In this document: in pieces, positions 36,219 to 44,749 of the stretch
Position numbering within the stretch: the first letter of the stretch is position 1
Layout of the letters: each line of letters starts with the position of its first letter
Assembly (NCBI GenBank): GCA_044222145.1
Contig: JBGANU010000008.1
Coordinates: forward strand, 18,216-82,215
Origin: Cyclobacteriaceae bacterium
GTDB lineage: Bacteria; Bacteroidota; Bacteroidia; Cytophagales; Cyclobacteriaceae
Direction of reading: 5' to 3'
Length of the DNA: 64,000 bases
Notes under the pieces: model-generated
What the model was told of the DNA's origin: nothing
The model's database searches: none
Seen by the model: the letters and a program-made list of their open reading frames with translations, nothing else
Position numbers and translations under genes: made by a program

Positions 36219-39200
36219 ATGCTTAAATTTTTACAACTCATGTGCAGAAGAATAATTCCTTTGGGGATTTTCTTCGTGATCACATTCTCTGGCTGGACGC
36301 AGTCTTTCCGGAATGGCGTGCGCACCGGAATGGTGAAGGTGAAATTTTCACCAACCGTTACTACCACGCTGGCAAAGTTGCCTGTCAATGGGCGAAGTGG
36401 AAATATCACGACAGGCATCACTGCTTTTGATCAGGTGGTGAAGTCGGCAGCGGCCACAAAAATGTATCGCCTTTTTCCATTCGATCCAAAATTTGAAGGC
36501 AAGCTTCGTAAACACGGACTGCATTTATGGTATGTGATTGAAATGGATGAGAAGCTTGACCCAACAACCGTCATCTCGCAGTTTAAGACAGTGAGTGAAG
36601 TGGAATCGGCCGAGGTAGAGCGAGAGAAGGTGCTGGCTCCTTATGTCGTTACACCATATTCCCCCACTGCGGGTGCATCTGCCACACTGCCTTTCAACGA
36701 TCCCATGTTAAAAGACCAGTGGCATTACAACAACACCGGGCAGTCGGGTTATAAAGATGCAGACATCAACCTGTTTGAGGCGTGGACCACGACAGCTGGT
36801 GCAAGCAACATTATTGTGTCAGTTCATGATCAGGGCGTGGATATCAACCACAGCGACCTGAAGGCCAACATCTGGACAAACCCTGCTGAGGCAAATGGAG
36901 TGGCCAATGTAGATGATGATGGCAACGGGTATGTGGATGACATTCATGGTTATAATTTTGAAAAGAACATAGGTGCAGTCGAGCCGCAGTTTCACGGAAC
37001 ACACGTAGCCGGAACAATAGCGGCCGTTAACAACAATGGCATTGGTGTGTCGGGTGTTGCAGGTGGCAGCGGTCGTGGCGATGGCGTTAAGATAATGTCG
37101 TTGCAGATTTTGGGTGGCGCTCCGATTGAAAGGTCGTATGTGTATGCCGCCAACAACGGTGCGGTTATTTCACAAAACAGCTGGGGCTATACCACCCCTG
37201 GTTATGCCGATCAATCTGTTCTGGACGCGATCGATTACTTCATTGCGGAAGCGGGTGACTATGATGGCAGCCCGATGAAGGGTGGCATCGTCATCTTTGC
37301 CGCAGGTAATAGTAATTCGGAAGATGTCTGGTATCCGGGGTATCATCCCAATGTGTTTTCAGTGGCGGCCATCGGCCCGGAATGGAAAAAAGCAGCCTAC
37401 TCTAATTATGGCGACTGGGTGGAAGTTTCAGCGCCCGGGGGAGATCAGCAATACGGAAGTAAGAGCGGTGTGTTGAGCACTATTCCAAAAGAACAGTACG
37501 CTTACCTTCAGGGTACGTCCATGGCCTGCCCTCATGTGTCGGGTATTGCGGCACTCGCACTTGCCAATCGCACAAGGCAAATCACCAGCAAAGAGCTGTG
37601 GAATAAACTGGCGACAGGTGTAGTGGGTATAGACACTTATAATGAAGAGTATACCGGAAAGCTGGGAAGTGGTGCCATGGATGCTTCATTGGCTATCCGC
37701 AACGATCAGGGAATAGCACCTAATCAAATTACAGATCTTGTGGTCACGGGTATTGCGCAGGAGTTTGCAACTCTTTCGTGGAGCGTACCAGGTGATGCAG
37801 ATGACCAGCAGCCGCTATCGTTTCAATTGTATTATCATACACAGCCGATCACGGCATCTACCATGCTGGCGGCCACAAAAGTTGTGATCCGCAATGATAG
37901 CCTGGCAGGAAAAAATTTCTCGTATGAGATCGACAACCTGCTGGGATTAACCACTTACTATTTTGCCGTTACTGCAACAGACCGGTGGGGTAATGTTTCC
38001 GTGCTTTCAAATCTGTCATCGGAAAAAACAAACGAGGGACCATCCATTGCAGTAGACGAAAACAGTCAAACAATTTCGATGGATGTAGATGCGGCAACTG
38101 TCACGACCGCTACACATGAGATGACCATTCTCAATGAAGCGAGTGGCATACTTCGTTGGGACCATATCGTCCGTCATCGAAACACATCTCTTGCATTCAA
38201 TGCTTCTTCGTTGCGCTACCCGGTGGCTTCAAACCGAAAGTCAACTCACGATATTAAAGTTTCGAAGAGAAGCGTAGCACGATTACCGCAAGTGAAAAGC
38301 AACGAGCCGTCAGCGTATTCGTTCACCCCGGTTGAGAAAACGTATTCAAGCTCTCCCACCAATATTGTAGGTGAGACCGATACGACCATCACCAACTCCG
38401 CTGCCGCGCGATTTTATGTAACCGAACCCGGTGGCTTTAACCTCACGCAGGTGCAAATGTATATAAAGCACGATCCGGCAAAAGGCCCGGTGATCGTTGA
38501 AGTATATCGTGGTGAGTCACCCACTAAAAATAATTTACTGTATGCGCAGGAGTACAGTAACTACAGTGCAGATGAGCAGATGGCTTACGTAACGTTGGAT
38601 GAACAACTTTACTTCGAGCCTGGCACCACATTCTGGATCGCGTTTCACGTTCCATCCGGAAATCTTTTTCCACTGGGTATCGGTTTCGAAAACGATCCTT
38701 CCTATTCAGCCAACTGCTTTATGTCGTTTAACATGGGCAGTACGTGGGCTAATCTCGAAGACGTGCTCAACAGCAAAGATTTTGCGTGGACCATGACGGC
38801 AGCCAGCTACAATGAAAATCTGGGAACGTATCTCACGCTGGAGCCGGGGTCTGGTGATATAGCAGGCCACCAGCAAATGGCGGCTACTCTGACAGCCGAT
38901 GCAGCTACCTTAATCAACGGCACGTATAGTGCAAATCTTATTCTTACATCGAATGATGCCAGTCATCAGCAACTGAGAGTGCCGGTAACTGTAAACGTGG
39001 CCGGACATGCTCCAAAAATCAAGCACATCGACATTGCCGACTTTGGAAGTGTGTTTGTAGGAACCACTAAAACATTCGAGCTGGTGTTGGAAAACGTGGG
39101 ATACGGAAATTTAAACAATCCCGATTTCAGCATCAGCAGTGATCAGTTTGTCATCGATGGATATGCTCCGTGGCAAATTGGTGCACGCGAAACCGCATCT

Positions 39201-42200
39201 GTGAAAATCAAATTCTCTCCGGTTGTTGCGGGCAACATCAACGGTGTGCTAACCATCTCAAGTGGAGATCAGCAGTATGAAATCTCATTGTTTGGTGTAG
39301 GAGCGGAGACGTCTAAAATGTCGCTTACTCCCGAAACTCAAGTAGTGGATAACCTGGCTATTGGTGATGTAGTCAATGCGCAGGTGAACATTGAAAACAC
39401 AGGCGCGTATCCGCTGAAATATTTTATTCCCGGCCATGATGCAAAAGGTGTGAGTGAAAACTGGCCTTCCTCTTATCATCGGTATGGATATAAAGTAAGA
39501 ACAAATGATGCCTCTGAAGCTAATCCTGTTGCTTACGATTTTCAAAACATTGCTTCTACCGGAGTGAACATTACAGAAGCGTTGAAAGACGATGCTGCTT
39601 ATTTTGAAGTGGACATGGGATTTGACTTCCCTTTCTATGCAAAGGCGATGCAGAAATTATATGTGGCGCAAAAGGGATTTACAGTTTTCGATAATAGCGT
39701 GCGACCAATCAATACTCCACAACTCAATAGCAGCTATAGCCCAAAGGGATATATCTCAGTATTGGGAGGATTTTTTGATTACGTGGAACAAGGCTCTGTT
39801 TTTTATCAGGTAGAAGCAGATCGCGTGATTGTTCAATACGACAATGTTTGGGATGGTTACTCCGTTGGAGAATCCATAACGGCTCAAATGGTTTTATTCG
39901 CAAATGGTGACATACGTTTCTATTATGATAATATGGGTTTCTCAACGGATAATCAGAAATACCTGAATATTCTGATGGAGAACACTGACAACGAGGATGG
40001 AATATTGCTGCACAATTACTCTCAGTCACGCGACCTCTACAGTGGTTTAGCCATTGGCCTGGATTATCCGGGACCTGATATTATCGCAGGTGTAACCAAC
40101 GCGTCTGGTATTCTGGCTCCGGGAAGTTCAGCAACTGTCTCAATCGAACTTACAACAGCCTCGTTGGCCGAGGGAACTACCAATCGGTATGTCAACTTTA
40201 TCAGTAACGATCCTGCGCATCCTCAGCAGGCGATTTTGATCCAGTTAAATGTAACATCAGGCGGTGTTGCCAAACCAGTGGTTTCGATGGACACACTCGC
40301 TTTTGGAGATGTCTTTCAGGGTGCAGTTACATCGGGCGTCTTTACCATTAAGAACACAGGTTCTGCTAATGTGAACGTCACGTCTATCGCTTTCGTGAAC
40401 GATGCGTTCACCTTTATCGGAGAACAACCAACGGTGGTGAAGCCGGGCTTGTATAAGAAGTATGAGATTCAAATTCCTACGGCAACACTGGCATCGCTTG
40501 AAGATTGGTTGACAATAGACTATGCCGATGGAACGCATGATACCATTTATGTTACGGGCCATGTGGTGGTGCCACCCGCCATCAATGTAGATTTGTCACT
40601 GGTGCAGGAGACACTGGCTTATGGCGAAACAAGCCATCATCCACTTGTTATTGAAAACCCGGGTGAAGCACCTCTCGAAGTAGTCGCCATCGGAAATCAA
40701 TGGCTCTCGTTCGAAGAGACGACAGCACCTGCTTCGGGCATACCTGCCTATACCTATGCATACGAAAAGCACAATGATGGAAGTTTTTATCAATGGATTG
40801 ACATCCGCAGAACCGGTACGCAACTTCCGTTTGCCAAAGACCTGGGCGATAAAAATGACTACTGGCGAAAACTGACACTGCCGTTTGAGATTCAATATTA
40901 TGGCAAGAGCTATTCAGAATTTAAAGTGGGCGATAATGGAATTATTTCCTTTGACGGAGATCCTGATGCGATGTGGTTTCCTGATCACATACCTTCCAAT
41001 GCCAATGAAGGAACGTTCCTCATGCCATATTGGACATTCAGCGGCTTCAGCAGTTTGGATTATGCGAAAGAAGACATTGGAATCTTCTATCAATTCGACA
41101 ACGACAAAATCATTATTACCTGGAGTTATTTTGTAAACAACTTTGGCGGCATGGGCGATCCGGTTTCTGCACAGGTGATCTTCTATAAGGATGGAACTAT
41201 AAAGTTTCAATACAAGCTCGAAGGAAGTCTGGATCTTACTTCACAATTCACAAGCATCGGCTTACAGGAAAATTCTCATAGCGGTGTTTCCATCTCCGAC
41301 CAGCGTAATATCCCGCACGGGAAGGGGCTGGCATTTATTGTGGTGCCTGCAAAAAAACTGGTTGTTCAGCCTGGAGCAACCTTATCAGGAAATGTAAACT
41401 TGAGTGCCAGGAATATCTATGGGGGTAATTATTCCGGTGCACTTAAGTTTACGACTAATGTGCCCGGCAGCGAGTATCTCGAAAAGCCAATCACACTCAC
41501 GGTTACAGGAGAAGCAGTCTGGAGCGCTCCGGACTCGGTTAAGTTTGGTCGCAAAATGATTGCGTTCGAGAACTTCTCTCCGCTGACTAACTATCAGGAT
41601 GTAAACATCACCAACACAGGTTCTGCTCCGTTGGAAATTAGCTGGGCACGCCTGTCGGATGGTATGCAGGGACTGAGTTTACAAATCTTTACTCTTGTTG
41701 ACGGATGGTTTGGCCCGGAATGGCGATGGGCGGATGTTTCGGAGTTGTATTCGGAATGGGCATTCCAAACGCCTGTCTTCACTGTGTTGCCTGGCGACAA
41801 GTTGATAGCACGGGCTGCCTTTGCCCCGCAAATCGCTGGTGATTACTCAGACGAGTTAGTGTTAACCACCAATCTCGGAGAACAACACTTACAGATGATC
41901 GGCTCGGCCTATGAGCCTGCCGCCATCGCAGTGGATTCAACTCCAATTGAGGTAATGATGAACACAACAGATGAGACTGCCGGTCGGTCTGTGAAGTTTA
42001 ACAACATCGATGGCAAGTCAGACCTCCAGTATGATGTGAGCATCGACTTTGGTCGTGTCACGAATTCGCGTGCTTCCTCTGAAACGGTGACGAGCTTAAT
42101 CAATATGAATTCATCCTGGTCGGGTGTTAAAACCGGAGTGGCTGCAAGCGCTAAAGTTTTTTCGGCCTATAACAGAATTTTAAAATACACTTCGAAAGAA

Positions 42201-43961
42201 ACTGCGGATGCACATGCGGGTACAGGCGGTGGCGAACCGCTTACCGTAGCAACCCGATACAATGCCGGTTCAAAAGGATTTAACCTTTCGCATGTAGAGA
42301 CCTGGTTGAGAACCGAGTCGGTAACGGAAGGAAAAATAAATGTAGAAATCCGGGCGGGAGGAACTTCAATTGCCAACGCTGTTACGTTAACGGAAGGTAA
42401 CTTGAATTTTGTAGGCTCGGGTGATGACAGCAAAGGTGGTTGGTATCAGATTGCTATGAACGAAGTTGCATCGATTTATCCCAATGAAGATTTCTACGTG
42501 ATCGTCACTTTGCCAATGGGCATTGCCCGTCCGCAAGGGGTTGTGAACGATGAGCCAACAACAGAGGGGCGTTACTACTACCAGGAGGAAGGATTTTGGT
42601 ACAACATTCAAAAGGTGTCGGGATTTGAAACTTCAGGATGGCTGATGTTTGCCGCGGAAGAGACGGCTGGCAATTCAGAATGGTTGTCCATTACATCAAC
42701 CGTGAGCGGGTCGATACAGGCTGGAGATTCAGCAGCGGTTGATCTGCAGGTTGCAGGGGTTTACGCAAAACAGGGCGACCAGATAGCAAATGTCGTAATC
42801 AGGTCCAATGACCCGGCACATGCTGTGGTGAAGGTGCCCGTGAAACTTCACATGAACGAGGCTCCTCAGTTTGTGAATGCACCTGTTGGAGTGCTTGTGG
42901 CAGAACGTGACACGGTAACCGTAACGATGCGTGTTGAGGATAAAGAAAACAATGCTGTCACCGTAAGGATGTCACAGAATTATCCGGGCGTGTCAACTGA
43001 TTTTTCTGGCGGCACTCTTTCAATATCTTTTACAGCCAATTATGGAGAAGCGGGCAATTATAATTACTCATTCATTGCCACAGATCAATACCAGGCAAGT
43101 CGTGAGATAACAATACCCGTGGAGGTAACGCATACCAACCGGGCACCGAAGTACATTGGAGTTGATGCACCCTTCTTGGGATACAAGAGAAATACGTTTA
43201 ATGAATACGTGTTAACCGATTTCTTCAGCGATGATGATGGTGATGCTCTGACATTTTCGGCAGCAAGTGCCGATGTTTCGGTTGCTTCAATTTTCTCTTC
43301 GGAAGGTAAGTTTGTGATTCAGGCCGTTAAAGCAGGTGCAACTGAAGTGACGTTTTATGTAAAAGACGACAACGGTGCAACCGTGAAAAAAAACCTGCCG
43401 GTTACTGTGAAGCCAAACGCAGCTCCTATCGTGTTACATGCTGTGGAAGACATCAGCACATTTGTGCGTGAAGGTGTCGTAACGCTGGGCATTGATAACG
43501 TTTTCAATGATAATGATGGAGATAAGATGGTGTATTCGGTTTCGTCAACTGACGATAAAATTGCAAAAGTCGATCTGACAGGTTTGGTGATGACGATCAC
43601 ACCGGTGAGAGTGGGAGAAACAACAGTAACCATAACGGCAACCGATCCGGAAGGAGCTATGGTAAGTGACGATGTCAAAATTGTCGTGAATGCGATTCTC
43701 GGTGATATTGATCATGTGTCGTTATCAGAATGCACGGTGTCGCCAAATCCAACGGAAGGAAGAATCACGGTGACTATCCCCAATGCTTCGGTTGGACAGA
43801 TTAACGTCATGAATTACCTGGGAGCGGTCATTCAGGTTATTCAAACCAACGTGAATGAAAATACCTACCAGGTTGATTTGCGTAATGAGGCTGCTGGCAT
43901 CTACTTGATTGAAATCAATGATGGACACAGCGCAACCTTTAACCGCATTATTAAAAATTAA
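36219..43961 (+). CDS. Giant (2580-aa) S8 subtilisin-family peptidase with FN3, multiple Ig-like/ASH-like and cadherin-like repeats and a T9SS C-terminal sorting domain
   Basis: The catalytic triad motifs are VHDQGVD (Asp about 204), HGTHVAGT (His about 259) and GTSMACPHVSG (Ser about 434). An FN3 domain follows (LSWSVPG...YYFAVTATDRWGN). Repeated FG.V..G......F.I.N.G motifs and DDDGD/NDNDGD cadherin-like repeats are present. The C-terminus reads VSPNPTEGRITV...GIYLIEINDG. Confidence 0.9.
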   Translation: MLKFLQLMCRRIIPLGIFFVITFSGWTQSFRNGVRTGMVKVKFSPTVTTTLAKLPVNGRSGNITTGITAFDQVVKSAAATKMYRLFPFDPKFEGKLRKHGLHLWYVIEMDEKLDPTTVISQFKTVSEVESAEVEREKVLAPYVVTPYSPTAGASATLPFNDPMLKDQWHYNNTGQSGYKDADINLFEAWTTTAGASNIIVSVHDQGVDINHSDLKANIWTNPAEANGVANVDDDGNGYVDDIHGYNFEKNIGAVEPQFHGTHVAGTIAAVNNNGIGVSGVAGGSGRGDGVKIMSLQILGGAPIERSYVYAANNGAVISQNSWGYTTPGYADQSVLDAIDYFIAEAGDYDGSPMKGGIVIFAAGNSNSEDVWYPGYHPNVFSVAAIGPEWKKAAYSNYGDWVEVSAPGGDQQYGSKSGVLSTIPKEQYAYLQGTSMACPHVSGIAALALANRTRQITSKELWNKLATGVVGIDTYNEEYTGKLGSGAMDASLAIRNDQGIAPNQITDLVVTGIAQEFATLSWSVPGDADDQQPLSFQLYYHTQPITASTMLAATKVVIRNDSLAGKNFSYEIDNLLGLTTYYFAVTATDRWGNVSVLSNLSSEKTNEGPSIAVDENSQTISMDVDAATVTTATHEMTILNEASGILRWDHIVRHRNTSLAFNASSLRYPVASNRKSTHDIKVSKRSVARLPQVKSNEPSAYSFTPVEKTYSSSPTNIVGETDTTITNSAAARFYVTEPGGFNLTQVQMYIKHDPAKGPVIVEVYRGESPTKNNLLYAQEYSNYSADEQMAYVTLDEQLYFEPGTTFWIAFHVPSGNLFPLGIGFENDPSYSANCFMSFNMGSTWANLEDVLNSKDFAWTMTAASYNENLGTYLTLEPGSGDIAGHQQMAATLTADAATLINGTYSANLILTSNDASHQQLRVPVTVNVAGHAPKIKHIDIADFGSVFVGTTKTFELVLENVGYGNLNNPDFSISSDQFVIDGYAPWQIGARETASVKIKFSPVVAGNINGVLTISSGDQQYEISLFGVGAETSKMSLTPETQVVDNLAIGDVVNAQVNIENTGAYPLKYFIPGHDAKGVSENWPSSYHRYGYKVRTNDASEANPVAYDFQNIASTGVNITEALKDDAAYFEVDMGFDFPFYAKAMQKLYVAQKGFTVFDNSVRPINTPQLNSSYSPKGYISVLGGFFDYVEQGSVFYQVEADRVIVQYDNVWDGYSVGESITAQMVLFANGDIRFYYDNMGFSTDNQKYLNILMENTDNEDGILLHNYSQSRDLYSGLAIGLDYPGPDIIAGVTNASGILAPGSSATVSIELTTASLAEGTTNRYVNFISNDPAHPQQAILIQLNVTSGGVAKPVVSMDTLAFGDVFQGAVTSGVFTIKNTGSANVNVTSIAFVNDAFTFIGEQPTVVKPGLYKKYEIQIPTATLASLEDWLTIDYADGTHDTIYVTGHVVVPPAINVDLSLVQETLAYGETSHHPLVIENPGEAPLEVVAIGNQWLSFEETTAPASGIPAYTYAYEKHNDGSFYQWIDIRRTGTQLPFAKDLGDKNDYWRKLTLPFEIQYYGKSYSEFKVGDNGIISFDGDPDAMWFPDHIPSNANEGTFLMPYWTFSGFSSLDYAKEDIGIFYQFDNDKIIITWSYFVNNFGGMGDPVSAQVIFYKDGTIKFQYKLEGSLDLTSQFTSIGLQENSHSGVSISDQRNIPHGKGLAFIVVPAKKLVVQPGATLSGNVNLSARNIYGGNYSGALKFTTNVPGSEYLEKPITLTVTGEAVWSAPDSVKFGRKMIAFENFSPLTNYQDVNITNTGSAPLEISWARLSDGMQGLSLQIFTLVDGWFGPEWRWADVSELYSEWAFQTPVFTVLPGDKLIARAAFAPQIAGDYSDELVLTTNLGEQHLQMIGSAYEPAAIAVDSTPIEVMMNTTDETAGRSVKFNNIDGKSDLQYDVSIDFGRVTNSRASSETVTSLINMNSSWSGVKTGVAASAKVFSAYNRILKYTSKETADAHAGTGGGEPLTVATRYNAGSKGFNLSHVETWLRTESVTEGKINVEIRAGGTSIANAVTLTEGNLNFVGSGDDSKGGWYQIAMNEVASIYPNEDFYVIVTLPMGIARPQGVVNDEPTTEGRYYYQEEGFWYNIQKVSGFETSGWLMFAAEETAGNSEWLSITSTVSGSIQAGDSAAVDLQVAGVYAKQGDQIANVVIRSNDPAHAVVKVPVKLHMNEAPQFVNAPVGVLVAERDTVTVTMRVEDKENNAVTVRMSQNYPGVSTDFSGGTLSISFTANYGEAGNYNYSFIATDQYQASREITIPVEVTHTNRAPKYIGVDAPFLGYKRNTFNEYVLTDFFSDDDGDALTFSAASADVSVASIFSSEGKFVIQAVKAGATEVTFYVKDDNGATVKKNLPVTVKPNAAPIVLHAVEDISTFVREGVVTLGIDNVFNDNDGDKMVYSVSSTDDKIAKVDLTGLVMTITPVRVGETTVTITATDPEGAMVSDDVKIVVNAILGDIDHVSLSECTVSPNPTEGRITVTIPNASVGQINVMNYLGAVIQVIQTNVNENTYQVDLRNEAAGIYLIEINDGHSATFNRIIKN

Positions 43962-43974
43962 AACCTAAAAAAAT

Positions 43975-43998
43975 GCCTGCCTCTTTTTAGGGGCAGGC
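43975..43998 (+). terminator. Hairpin after the giant protease gene
   Basis: The sequence is GCCTGCC-10 nt-GGCAGGC. There is no clear T-run on the plus strand. Confidence 0.35.
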
Positions 43999-44014
43999 TT
44001 AATACGATACGACT

Positions 44015-44461
44015 ATGAATAAATTTAAACTGGCAGCTGTGTTTGTTGGACTTCTGGCAATCGCTGCGGCATGTAAAAAAGATGATCCAAAACCATCCGT
44101 GGAGGAAGCCCAACTTCAGAAGCTGATTGGAACCTGGAAGATGGGAAGCGTTACCGTGGACGGAACGAATGTGAATGATCAATACACCAATTTTGTATTG
44201 ACTATTTATAAAGATGCCAGTGGCACTAAGTTGGTGGCAGCCAATGGCGGTTATGCATTTCCCGCGGTAGGTGCTGATTCCTGGAATTTTGTTTCAGGTG
44301 CTTCAGCTTCCAAGATCACACGCTTGTCCGATAATGTGGAACTCACAGTATCCGTTGGAGAAAGTACGCTGACACTTGAATTTACAATTACAGCCCCGGC
44401 CGCAGGCGGACGATTGAATGGATTGGAAGGACACTTTGTTTTTGTGCTAACAAAGGCATAA
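44015..44461 (+). CDS. Small lipocalin-like lipoprotein
   Basis: It has a lipobox (IAAACKKDD) and the motif GTWKMGSVTVDG, which is typical of lipocalin-like lipoproteins. Confidence 0.7.
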   Translation: MNKFKLAAVFVGLLAIAAACKKDDPKPSVEEAQLQKLIGTWKMGSVTVDGTNVNDQYTNFVLTIYKDASGTKLVAANGGYAFPAVGADSWNFVSGASASKITRLSDNVELTVSVGESTLTLEFTITAPAAGGRLNGLEGHFVFVLTKA

Positions 44462-44495
44462 GGCCGTTGAACAGTACCAGGTTTGTACAGTAGCG

Positions 44496-44590
44496 CTCAA
44501 AAGAGTATTTCAATGACAACTTGATTGGATGAAGTTTATCATGAAATCCTGATTTCGAAATACTCAGTTAAGATGAATTATTCTTTTGAG
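44496..44590. repeat. 95-bp element with nested or alternative inverted repeats
   Basis: The outer arms are CTCAAAAGAGTATTTC and GAATTATTCTTTTGAG (14 of 16 positions pair). An inner perfect 9-bp pair GAGTATTTC / GAAATACTC competes for the same left arm. Confidence 0.4.
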
Positions 44591-44605
44591 GCTGCTTTAC
44601 CTTTT

Positions 44606-44647
44606 TTACGGTGCTAAGACGAGAAGTAATGTAATAAGTGTTTTCAT
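44606..44647 (-). pseudogene. Truncated 5' relic of a YHS-gene paralog (13 codons then a stop)
   Basis: It reads MKTLITLLLVLAP*, compared with MKTHITLFLVLAS... for the YHS gene at 47876. DNA identity is about 80 percent by eye. Confidence 0.6.
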
Positions 44648-44749
44648 GTCGTTAGGTTATGCGATCATCAGCACATGTGCTATGAAACGTTCTCCTAAAA
44701 TGTCGCTGAGTAGGCCGAACGCAATTCAAATGAAACCGAAAGATCAAGG
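44648..44749 (-). repeat. Copy A of the about 100-nt YHS leader
   Basis: It aligns to 47877-47980 with about 18 mismatches and 2 single-nt gaps. It contains TATGAAACGTT at 44681-44691. Confidence 0.7.
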
